From assembly GCF_006345805.1 (NCBI RefSeq), contig NC_043005.1:1-64000 (forward strand): DNA of 64,000 nucleotides, read 5' to 3'. The DNA comes from Octopus sinensis (lineage: Eukaryota). This document shows, in pieces, positions 53,225 through 64,000 of the stretch. The notes under the pieces were generated by a model. The model did no database searches, was not told the origin of the DNA, and saw only the letters and a list, made by a program, of their open reading frames with translations. How positions within the stretch are numbered: the first letter of the stretch is position 1; every line of letters starts with the position of its first letter. The position numbers were made by a program, and so were the translations under genes.

Positions 53225-54910
53225 TGAAAAAACAAGTAAAAAATAGAAAATGCTAAAATGATTTTATAGTGAACATTTCAGTACCGGTTCGGTCATTTTG
53301 AGACCTTTTCAACTGTAACGATTAAATAATTAAATTTAGAAAAATTAGAAGAAAAGTTTTTTTAAAAATATTTCTATAGTAGTGTTCAGATTTAAGTGGC
53401 ATTCTGCCTTTCTCTGACTCCCTTGTTTGCACTTGTGTGTTCGAGGTAGTTGTGAGTTCTTGGTAGGGTAGTAGAGAGAAGGCTGGTGAGGAAAGGGGGT
53501 GGGTGGGAGAATCTGGGAGTGCCCTGATGGTCGTATTTTAAATGGTCAGTGGCGGCTGGCAGTCTCAGTTCAATTCAGGATAATATTTATATTGACAGGC
53601 TTGTTTATAGAATTAGCGTAGGTGTTATACTAAAAAACATTAGTGACAAACTTAAGGGGTAGGGGGTGGAGAAGAAGAAGAAGAAGGAGAAGGAGAAGGA
53701 GAAGATGACGATGATGGTGATGGTGGTGATGATTATGACGGCGATGATGATGATAACGATGATGATGAAGAAGAAGAAGAAGAAGAAGGAGGAGGAGAAG
53801 GAGAAGATGGTGGTGATGATGGTGGCGATGATGATGATGCCGATGATGATGATAACGATGATGATGAAGAAGAAGAGGAAGAAGAAGAAGAGGAAGAAGA
53901 AGAAGAAGAAAAAACAGAGAAGGGAGAATAGTAATGGGTGTAAATATAGCTATGAAGGGGCTGATTAGTAATGGATTCTATGGAGTGTAGTATTTGTGTG
54001 TGTATATATATATATATTTTTTTCTTTTATTCTAAAGTTGAGGTATATTAATTGTTTGTCGTAGACCCCTTCTTAACGGGTCTACGACAAACAATTAATA
54101 TACCTCAACTTTAGAATAAAAGAAAAAATATATATATATATACACACACAAATACTACACTCCATAGAATCCATTACTAATCAGCCCCTTCATAGCTATA
54201 TTTACACCCATTACTATTCTCCCTTCTCTGTTTTTCTTCTTCTTCTTCTTCCTCTTCTTTCTTCCTCTTCTTCTTCATCATCATCGTTATCATCATCATC
54301 GGCATCATCATCATCGCCACCATCATCACCACCATCTTCTCTTCTCCTCCTCCTTCTTCTTCTTCTTCTTCATCATCATCGTTATCATCATCATCGCCGT
54401 CATAATCATCACCACCATCACCATCATCGTCATCTTCTCCTTCTCCTTCTCCTTCTTCTTCTTCTTCTCCACCCCCTACCCCTTAAGTTTGTCACTAATG
54501 TTTTTTAGTATAACACCTACGCTAATTCTATAAACAAGCCTGTCAATATAAATATTATCCTGAATTGAACTGAGACTGCCAGCCGCCACTGACCATTCAA
54601 ATACGACCATCAGGGCACTCCCAGATTCTCCCACCCACCCCCTTCCTCACCAGCCTTCTCTACTACCCTACCAAGAACTCACAACTACCTCGAACACACA
54701 AGTGCAAACAAGGGAGTCAGAGAAAGGCAGAATGCCACTTAAATCTGAACACTACTATAGAAATATTTTTTAAAAAAACTTTTCTTCTAATTTTTCTAAA
54801 TTAATTATTTAATCGTTACAGTTGAAAAGGTCTCAAAATGACCGAAACCGGTACTGAAATGTTCACTATAAAATCATTTTAGCATTTTCTATTTTTTACT
54901 TGTTTTTTCA
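53225..54910. repeat. About 1.7-kb near-perfect palindrome of a PLE family 2 terminal repeat (arms 53225-54068 and 54078-54910, 9-nt loop)
   Basis: ...attgtttgtcgtagaccc CTTCTTAAC gggtctacgacaaacaat...; the arm recurs at 61883-62721 directly after a GIY-YIG ORF. Confidence 0.93.
54814..54861 (+). ncRNA. Minimal type I hammerhead-ribozyme motif with a U3-A8 core
   Basis: cgttacag TTGAAAA ggtc-tcaaaat-gacc GAAA ccgg TA ctgaaatg: stem I, stem II, palindromic stem III, GUA cleavage triplet. Confidence 0.72.
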
Positions 54911-54943
54911 TATATATCAACTCGTGTGTTCCTTTTCACCCTT

Positions 54944-55002
<59 letters not shown>

Positions 55003-55007
<5 letters not shown>

Positions 55008-58000
55008 GAAATAGGTTTCAAAGAGAAAAGAAACTACACTTTGTATAAATATGTAAAAACTAAAAATAAAAGAGAAAATGCACATTGTATATGAAAAAAT
55101 ATAGGCTTTTATGAACAGCAATGATAAATATATACAATTAAATGACCTGAGGTAGAATAAGAGGTATAAAAGTCATTATTTTGTTAAAGAGATTCAATGT
55201 CATACCGGTATTGTCAAAAAGCTGTTCACTGTCTTTGAATGAGCACCGATTTCCAAACGGTGTCGGGTCTACTCTTTGTCGGAGTGACATTCCTGTTTGC
55301 CCATCAGTACCCGCCAAAAGGTGGGGGCATGTGCCACAGTTAGGCCACCCGTATTTTTCACTTTTGGTTCCTTTGTTAATAGATATAGTCTTGTGTTGGT
55401 TAATATTATTTTTAATGATTTCGGTTGCATTTTGCTCTTGATAATTTTGTGTGAGCCTAAAATTTTGTTCATTGTTTTATCTCCTGTGAGAATGGATAGA
55501 TTTTGTATGATGATGTTGAAGGCCTCATTGTTTCTATGGTTGTGTGTGAAGAAGTATGGGAGTATTTTAAAGTCTGGTTTGGTATTTCGGTTGACTTCCC
55601 TTAATGTCGTATGTCTATTTCCTTTTCTCGTTTAATCCCATCATTTATTAATGATGCTGGGTAATGTCTCTTGATTAGTATTGATCTGAGTTCAAGGAGT
55701 CTTCGTTCACGAGTATAGGTGTCCGAAACTATAGTACAGATTATTTTCGCTAGATTATAAGTATATTAATTTTTATGTGTTTGGGATGGCATGAGTTGAA
55801 TAATAGGCATTGTTTAGAATCTGTGGGTTCATAGAAGATGTCTGTTTCGATATGGTTATTAACTATTTTAATTAGGATGTCAAGAAAAGGAAGTTGTTTA
55901 TTGCTGTGGTCCATGCTGAATTGTATGTTGCTATTGATATCGTTGTGCATTATTTTGAAGTCAAGGAGTTTGCCCATGCTGTCTTTCCAAAGTATAAAGC
56001 AATCGTCCAAATACCTCTTCCAGTCTTCCTTTAAATAGCGATGAAATGAGGTGCCATATTTTTGTAGTTAGGATTGGTATATTTTAAGTGCTAGGTAACC
56101 CATTACAAGGTTCGCAATCACTGGAGCAGCTCGAGTTCCCATTGCAATTCCACATTTTTGTCGATACTAAACTGTATCGAACATTAATTAGCTGTTCAGT
56201 AGGATGAATTTGAGTGCTGCAATTATGAATCTGTGGTTGATGCATCCTGGGATCTCTTCCGGGTATTTTTCTAGCCAGAAGGTGATTGCTTCTATACCAT
56301 AATCGTGTGGGATATTAGTGTACAAATTCACCACATCGAATGATAATAACAGAGTTCCTTCATTTATTGTCTTCGGGAGGTGGTTAAGCATGTCTAAGTC
56401 TTCCCTGATGAAGATTTTCACATATTTTAGAAACGGTTTGAGTAAGCTGTCGAGAAAGTTGCTCAAACGGTGGGTTTCACAAGCAGGGCTAGCAATGATG
56501 GGTCTGAAGTCAGTAGTGGGAGGTACATTAATGCATACGCTAGAAGTTTTGCAAGATTTACAAATATGTAGATTTTTGTGTATTTTAGGTACTCCGCAGA
56601 ATAGAGTAGATCTGTATTTAAAATTGAATAAATAGTTAATTTCATGTTTAGTGAGGCCCTTTCCATGTATTTGAAGTAAGGAGGATAAGCTTTTAAGTGT
56701 CTTCTGTGGGTTGTATTGTACTATCTTCTCATAGTAAATATTATTTTCCAATTTGGAGAGTATAACATTTTTGTAGTATTCTGTGTCCATCACCACTGCC
56801 GCACTTCCTTTGTTGGCTTCTGTAATGGTGAGGTTTATATCATTTTTTAACTCGATTAGGTCGTTCCATTCATTTACATTAAGGCTGGATTTAATTCGTT
56901 GTTTTTGTAGGGTATTAAAAGGAAAACTGGTAACGTGCTCACAAAAAGCATCAAGTGCTTTATTTCTGCCTTTTGTAGGACAGTATTCACTTTTGTTTTT
57001 TACTATTGAGTCATCTTCACTGGTGTAGTTGTGAAGTGCTTCTGTGAGGCGTAATTTTCGGCAGAAAGCCATAGTGTTATCGTTAATTTCATTCGGGTTC
57101 GATCAGCGGGGGGTTGGAGTAAATTTTAAACCTCTTGCTAGAATTTTAGTTTGTGTAGTACTTATGATTTTCTTTGATAAGTTGATTATTTACAGTTGTT
57201 CATGTATATTTTGTTCCATTTCACATCTCTGTTTCTCTGATTTAGGTCTAAAAAATGGTTGTAGGAAGTGGATTGATGTGGAAGGTCTGTATAGGAGAAA
57301 ATGGTTGCACAGTGTGACTGTGGTAGTATGTCTGTGGTGGGGTGACTCTGTAGTGGACTAAGTTATGGTTGTACTGGGAGTTGTTATATTGTCTATGGTT
57401 GATGTGGCTTGGGTTAAATTTATTCTTAATTTTGTAATGTGGGTGGAGGGAGAAGTTCTGTTGTCTAGTTAGGCTGTGTCTAGTTGAATGCTTGAAGTAT
57501 CCATGTTGAGGCTAGGTGTCAGAAGCAAATTTGTCCATTATCTGAGAGATGATGGGGGTAGATTGGTAGGTAGTGGTTCTCGAATGTTTGGGTTAGTCTG
57601 GAGGCTTGGGTGGATCTTTTGATTTGTATGTTGGGAGCCTTGAAAATTACGTCCGGATTTTCTACTACGAGAGGATTCCCTGTTTGTTGTTTGTAAGTTA
57701 TTTGTAGGTAGAAGTGAGGTGAGGTTGGTTGAGTTGTGTCCCCTAGATTGTCTGTGGTTTGAGCCAGAGAAATGTAAGGTCATTTTTGCGTGGGATTCTG
57801 GTTTATGTTTCTTCAGGAAGGGGTTATCTGATATGTTTTCTATGTTGAACGGTGTTTCGTAGTATTGGAAACAAAATTAGCTTCTCTTTCCCAGCGTTGT
57901 TGGCAATTGATTTCTTCAGTTTCACAAGTTGTTTTCCATTGTTTAAAAACACTCTCCAACAGTTGACCATCTCAATGTTTCCTTAATACGGAATATATCT

Positions 58001-59330
58001 CCTCATCTATGCTTTTAAATTTATATTCATTTCTTAACGCTTACGTTTAAGGAGTTCGATTTCCGTTTTCCTTTTCTTCCAATGCTAGTTTCTCCCTTAA
58101 TTGTCTTTGTTGGTCCTGTTCGTTTGGTATTAGTTTAATTTGAAATTTACGAGGTAAGATTACTGGAGTTGAATTTAACCAGCGTTCATAACTTTCTGCC
58201 GTGTAGTTGTTTTTAATAATATTCCAGAAAGAAAGTTTTCTGGCTTTAAGTTCCTCCTTCCAAATATGGATAATACGGTTTTTAATTGATTGCATTAAGG
58301 TAGAGGAGGTTCTATCGTGTGTATCGTCTGTAGGGGATTTTCATTTATGCAACAATTATGAGGTAACGATTGTAGAGTGGTGCATAATTCGGTCAAATGT
58401 TGATTGAATTGTTCCAGAGATTGCCCTTTCTCTTCTTGTGTAAATCGTTTATGTTCATCAATCTTATTAATTATGAGTCTCAAATTCGAGCTAATCTTTT
58501 TTAGTTCCTTTAGAGTATCTTCGTTGAAAGTTTTAACTGAGAAGTTTGGTATCTGTGGCATTTTAAATCTCACGTGTAGTAAAACACAATAGAAATAGGT
58601 TTCAAAGAGAAAAGAAACTACACGCGGTATGAATAAGGGAAAAGAAAAAAGAGAAAATGCATGTTGGATATTAAAAATAAAGACCTTTTTATGGGTGCAG
58701 TAATCAATATATTGGGCAAACAGGAATGTCTCTCCGACGAAGAACAACTCTTCACAAAGAACAAATCCGTTATCCACAATACAGACAGATACAGGCCAGT
58801 GAACACAGAAAAATGTGCTAGGAACCTTAAACCAAACTTCCTAATTTTCCCTTTCTATCAATGTTCACAGTACACCTAAGTACAGCAAAGAATGAATAAA
58901 GAGGCGACGTTCATTAATAAATATCATCCAGAACTCAATATGAACACATAACATAATACAGGACACTACTAACCTTACCAACAATACCACTAATTTCCAT
59001 GCATCCTATACACCAATCATATTACAATATATATATCTACCCTAATTGCACCACTTCCAGAACTGCTTTCTTCCTTTGCATATAATCTTTTTACTCAGGG
59101 ACTAGTAGACCCGACACCGTTTGGAAGTCAGTGCTCATTCAAAGCCAGTGAATATCTTTTGACGATACCGGTATGATTTTGAATCTCTTTAACAATTCAA
59201 AATAATGACTTTTATACCTCTTAATTCTACCTCAGTTCATCTAATTGTGTATATATATATATATCGTTACTGTTCATAAAAAAGCCATTATTTTTATATG
59301 CAATGTGCAGTTTCTCTTTTTTATTCTTAC
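55003..59330 (-). mobile_element. Near full-length decayed Penelope-like element (family 1) with an inverted 5' terminal repeat
   Basis: N-terminus about 58570-57800; RT 56188-57072 (KG..VVMD..YY, G.PKIHK, RPIIAS, SFDVVNLYTNIP) and 55750-56150 (G.AMG, DDCF, PFLDI); 3' repeat 55003-55310; plus-strand GIY-YIG plus 3' UTR copy at 58690-59330. Confidence 0.88.
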
Positions 59331-59336
59331 CCCCCC

Positions 59337-59396
<60 letters not shown>

Positions 59397-59400
59397 CGCT

Positions 59401-59808
59401 GCCGTTGTTCTCTTTTAGAGAGACTTAGTAATTTTAATATTTCTATTATTGAAAACAAGTGGATGTACTCCACCGAAGCTAGGTAAATAAAACCTTTGAA
59501 CAGAGATTGTCAGAAGCGACACCTACTGGCTGGCTACGCTGCATTGAAAAGGGGCAATACCCCGAAACGCGTCTGTAGCTGCCGGTCAAGTAGTGTGGAG
59601 CGACTGACCTCCCTTGTTCGAAGGTTATATGGATACAGTTTGTGTATCAAATAGCTAACTTAAGGCGATGGCCTCATGGAGCTAATAAGCGGACAGCTTT
59701 ATTCTTATTTTTATAAGAATGCCATATTAGTATGGCGATAACTATTATTTTCCGGGAACGGGGCCGTTGTTCTCTTTTAGAGAGACTTAATAATTTTAAT
59801 ATTTCTAT

Positions 59809-59810
<2 letters not shown>
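59401..59810 (+). mobile_element. 362-bp-period retrozyme/pLTR-like unit bounded by a 48-bp direct repeat, embedded in (TA)n
   Basis: GCCGTTGTTCTCTTTTAGAGAGACTTA(G/A)TAATTTTAATATTTCTATTA at 59401 and 59763; contains a hammerhead motif. Confidence 0.65.
59538..59579 (+). ncRNA. Minimal type I hammerhead-ribozyme motif with a U3-A8 core and GUC triplet
   Basis: gctgca TTGAAAA gggg-caata-cccc GAAA cgcg TC tgtagc. Confidence 0.78.
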
Positions 59811-59842
<32 letters not shown>

Positions 59843-60062
59843 GTATGTATGTATGTATGAATATATGTATATATGTATGTGTGTATGTGTGTGTGTATGT
59901 ATGTATGTATGTATGTATGAATATATGTATGAATGTATGTATGTATGTATGTGTGTATGTATGTATGAATGTATGTATGTATGTGTGTATAAGTTTGAAT
60001 ATGTGTGTTCCTCCTAAAATTCATGAGGTATTTTCAAAAATAAAACTATTCTAAGCACATAC

Positions 60063-60189
60063 CTTCGGTTGCGGAAGAAGGCTGCGGCTGTATATCAAGT
60101 TTAAGTCATCTAGCTTCTCCAATGTCCATATTGTCAATCTAGCATACAACTCTTTAATGTCGGTTTCCGCTACGTCCAATCCGATTTAT
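60063..60189 (-). CDS. Lipoxygenase, most 5' visible exon (exon a); in-frame TAA at codon 1
   Basis: tttcatttcag acceptor and AAG|gtatgt donor; reads (x)*IGLDVAETDIKELYARLTIWTLEKLDDLNLIYSRSLLPQPK; phase 0 end joins the next exon (DSLKHW); LDDL..IY...P.P fits the LOX region before the WxxD motif. Confidence 0.75.
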
Positions 60190-60604
60190 CTGAAATGAAA
60201 TGTTACGTTTTATTTAAGGGTTGAAAAGGTCAAGTTTGCATGAGAGCAAAGAGACGCGACTGATTCGGACAGTACGTATATTCGATACATGTTTTCTATA
60301 TTTTCTATGGATACCTACTCATACATACAATATAAGCACAAAAATAGATGTATATTTATCGCGCTCCTCCCACTCTCTCTATTTCTTCTTCATCATCATC
60401 ATCATCTCTCTTCTTCTTCTTCTTCTTCTTCCCCCCTCTCTCTCTCACACACACACACTTAAACGGAGCATTAGTAGATTCAACATTTTATTCATCATTT
60501 TCAGTTGATTGGGACTTCAAATTTTGCCTTAACAGACTGTTCAGCTAGTTAGATTCACGCTGATATACTCAATTCAACATTATGCGTGATTCCATTATTT
60601 CACT

Positions 60605-60662
<58 letters not shown>

Positions 60663-61064
60663 GTCAATTCGAGGATGTCAGGTCTTCATTAAGAATTAAG
60701 GAATCCAAAAACCTTTCAACCTCATTATATCATACAAATAAATTATTAATATATCCATAAGTCTCCATTTATATATATATATATATATGCATATACCTAC
60801 ATTATTACATACACACGCACACTCACACACACACACACGTATATATATGTATGTATAAATAAATATATACATATTATAAGAATTTTTTGCGTAATGAGAT
60901 AAAAAACCAAGGCTGTGTAGATATTAGAACATTTATAGATAGAAGGCCTTACAGCTGTTTCCAGGATATTTAATAATTATATCCCTTCATTGGAGACAGT
61001 GTGAGAGGATGGTTGGGTCTCAAGGACACCATTACCTCTTATAACCTCGATATATATATATATA

Positions 61065-62716
61065 ATATATGGTGAAAAAGAACACACCAGGATGAATATC
61101 CCCTTCAATCTAGCAAAAAGGATATGCACTATAGTCTCTAACGCAAACACCAGAGACACACGACTACAAGAACTAAAGATACCCTAATCACCAGGAACTA
61201 TCCACCTTCACTTATTGACAAATGCATTCAACGTGCCCTTCACTTAACATCAAGGAACTGAGACATCCCAAATCAAAGAAAAACTTACAACCAAAAGCCT
61301 TACCATACATCTCCACACACAACCCTCTCAATAACGAAGCCTTCGACACCATCCTCCACACATACCCCTCCTAAAAAAAGACCACAGAATGAACACAATC
61401 CTCCAAACACACACGATCATAAAAAGCAAAAGACAGCCTAGATCCATGAAAAGTCTCCTTACACAAGCCCGAATTCACTCTTCACACAGAAGCCGACAGT
61501 AAAAAAATGTGGAAGACCCAATTGCGGGATATGCGACTATCTAATCGAGGGTTCTGAGTTCTCCTTCAAACAGGGACAACGTTTTACAGTGAAAAGCAAC
61601 TTCACATGTGCTTCGGAGAACTAATATACTCACTAACCTGCTCCGGGTGTCAAGAGCAGTACATAGGCCAAACAAAAAATGGTTTGCGTAAACGAATGGC
61701 CCTGCACAGATCCCAGATAAAAATTCCCCAAAACAGAAAATAGCTTTTAGCCAACACATAGATACTTGCGCCAACAAAAAACACCAAACTTCAGAATTTT
61801 CCCCCTCTACCAATTTAGGGACGATACAACTTCGAGACAACGAATAAGTAAAGAAAATCTCTTTATTACAAAATACAAGCCACTTCTTAACGGGTCTACG
61901 ACAAACAATTAATATACCTCAATTTAGAATAAAAGAAAAAAATATATACACACACAAATACTACACTCAATAGAATCCATTACTAATCAGCCCCTTCATA
62001 GCTATATTTACATTCATATTCTCCCTCTCTGTTTTTTCTTCTTCTTCTTCTTCTCTCTTCTTCTTCATCATCATCGTTATCATCATCATCGGCATCATCA
62101 TCATCGCCACCATCATCACCACCATCTTCTCCTTCTCCTCCTTCTTCTTCTTCTTCTTCTTCATCATCATCGTTATCATCATCATCGTCGTCATAATCAT
62201 CACCACCATCACCATCATCGTCATCTTCTCCTTCTCCTTCTCCTTCTCCTTCTTCTTCTTCTTCTTCTTCTTCTCTCCACCCCTACCCCTTAAGTTTGTC
62301 ACTAATGTTTTTTAGTATAACACCTACGCTAATTCTATAAAGAAGCCTATCAATATAAATATTCTCCTGAATTGAACGAGACTGACTGCCAGCGCCACTG
62401 ACCATTCAAAATACGACCATCAGGGCACTCCCAGATTCTCCCACCCCTCTTTCCTCACCAGCCTTCTCTCTACTACCCTACCAAGAGCTCACAACTACCT
62501 CGAACACACAAGTGCAAACAAGGGAGTCAGAGAAAGCAGAATGCCACTTAAATCTGAACACTACTATAGAAATATTCTTTTAAAAAAACTTTTCTTCTAA
62601 TTTTTCTAAATTTAATTATTTAATCGTTACAGTTGAAAAGGTCTCAAAATGACCGAAACCGGTACTGAAATGTTCACTATAAAATTATTTTAGCATTTTC
62701 TATTTTTTACTTTGTT

Positions 62717-62721
<5 letters not shown>
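61065..62721 (+). mobile_element. Penelope-like element (family 2), 3' part: RT end, GIY-YIG and 3' terminal repeat
   Basis: IPFNLAKRICTIVS, KKCGRPNCGICDYL, FTC.SE.LIY.LTC.GC.EQYIGQT, KYKPLLN; stop at 61910-61912; frameshifted. Confidence 0.88.
62625..62672 (+). ncRNA. Minimal type I hammerhead motif (U3-A8), identical to 54814-54861
   Basis: cgttacagTTGAAAAggtctcaaaatgaccGAAAccggTActgaaatg. Confidence 0.72.
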
Positions 62722-62752
<31 letters not shown>

Positions 62753-62779
62753 TGTGTTGTGTGTATGTGTGTTCCTTTA

Positions 62780-64000
62780 AGTTCTGTCTAAATTTTGAAT
62801 AAAGGAAACAAGTGATCAAATGTTATATTTAATTGAAAGTTAATCATCAATGTACTTTCCCTGATTATCAATGACTTCTTCCATCTATTTACAAGCTTTT
62901 TAATCCCATCAATGTAAAACTCTTTTGTTTCAAAGGGAAGAACTCTGAAATGTCAGTTTCGACCTCCTCCTGGCTTGCGAAAGTTACGTCCCCCAAATTA
63001 TTCTGTAAAATACGAAACAAATGGTAGTCTGAAAGAGCAAGGTCGGGAGAATAAGGTGGACGAGGAATTTTTTCCAACCAAGCTCTTCGATCTTCTGTGA
63101 TGTGATCTTTGCAGCGTGGGGTCGTGCATTGTCCTGATGAAATATCACTCCTTTTCGAATCACTAAAGCGGGTCTTTTTTTCCTTCAAGCTTGGTTCAAA
63201 CGCTCTAATGCTGACACTTGCTTTGAACATTGATTGTTGAATTAGGTGGTAACAATTCAAAGTGAATTACTCCTTTGCAATCCGAGAGAAGAACTATTTT
63301 CCATGAAGTTCCCTTCTCAGTTGTGGTTGAGTTTTTTCCCTTTTACCAGGTCACTGTTTACGACATTTACATTTTGATAGAAGATCCATTTTCGTCACCA
63401 GTCACAAGTCTATCCAAAAGGGGTGAAATGAGTTCACGAGAATGGAGAGAAGAGCAGATGTCAACTCGGGATTTGCGGTTGCTTTCGGACAATTCATGAG
63501 GCACCCATTTTCCAAGTTTAGAAAACCTTCCAATTTGTTGAAGATGACGATGAATAGTTGTATGGTTTGAACTAAGCTTTATTGCCAATTCTTCACTGAT
63601 AATGCAGGATTTTCTTCAAGTAATGCCTCAAGGAGCTTATCATCAAACTCAACTGGACGTCCTGTTCAATCTTCATCTTCAAGGCTGAAATCGCCACTTC
63701 TGAGTTTTGCAAATCATCTTCATCAAGTTCTTTCATTCAAGCATTGTTCCCATAAACTGAGTGTATGTTTCGAGTCGCTTCGGCTGCAGAGTTTCTTTTT
63801 TTGTACTCATAAAGCATTAGGTGCCTCAAATGCTCTTTGAATACTTCCATGTTAGAAAGTATTTTAATCAAAGAACTTTTAATTCTATTATTCTGTAAAA
63901 TAATATTTGATTAGTTTAAATGTACACAAATGCATAAAAGTAATTTTTAATTCCATTAGACATTCTAAAATACTATTAAATTTCTTTTAATTCCAAAAAG
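62780..64000 (-). mobile_element. Mariner (Tc1/mariner DD34D-type) transposon, frameshifted; 5' end probably beyond the window
   Basis: GKWVPHELS, LVTGDE, PPYSPDLALSDYHLFR motifs in ORFs 63367-63588 and 62889-63260. Confidence 0.88.

Noticed and set aside
60190-64000. Further LOX exons (PLAT domain) or a fused allene oxide synthase domain
   Set aside because: None is recognisable in the window, so an AOS-LOX fusion cannot be supported or excluded.

Overview
Repeat-saturated eukaryotic DNA, most likely an octopus genome (inferred from the SINE families and the microsatellite load). One host gene is visible: a lipoxygenase on the minus strand, reconstructed by hand as 13 phase-consistent GT-AG exons from 60189 down to the stop at 2965. 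It encodes about 490 aa of catalytic domain, with iron ligands HLGLTH and HAAVN and the C-terminus PNSIAV. Its 5' exons lie outside the window, and the most 5' visible exon has an in-frame TAA. The introns hold tRNA-derived SINEs, R4/Dong-like, RTE and CR1-like LINEs, two Gypsy remnants, a Chapaev-like transposon, two mariner remnants and several Penelope-like elements (PLEs). The most unusual signal is a set of minimal type I hammerhead-ribozyme motifs in PLE terminal repeats and in a 362-bp retrozyme-like unit. Their position 3/8 core pair is U-A, G-C, G-U or A-U instead of the canonical C-G. One copy sits in a 1.7-kb near-perfect palindrome. Motifs and exon phases were read from the sequence; family names and ribozyme activity are untested inference, and element boundaries are approximate unless stated.
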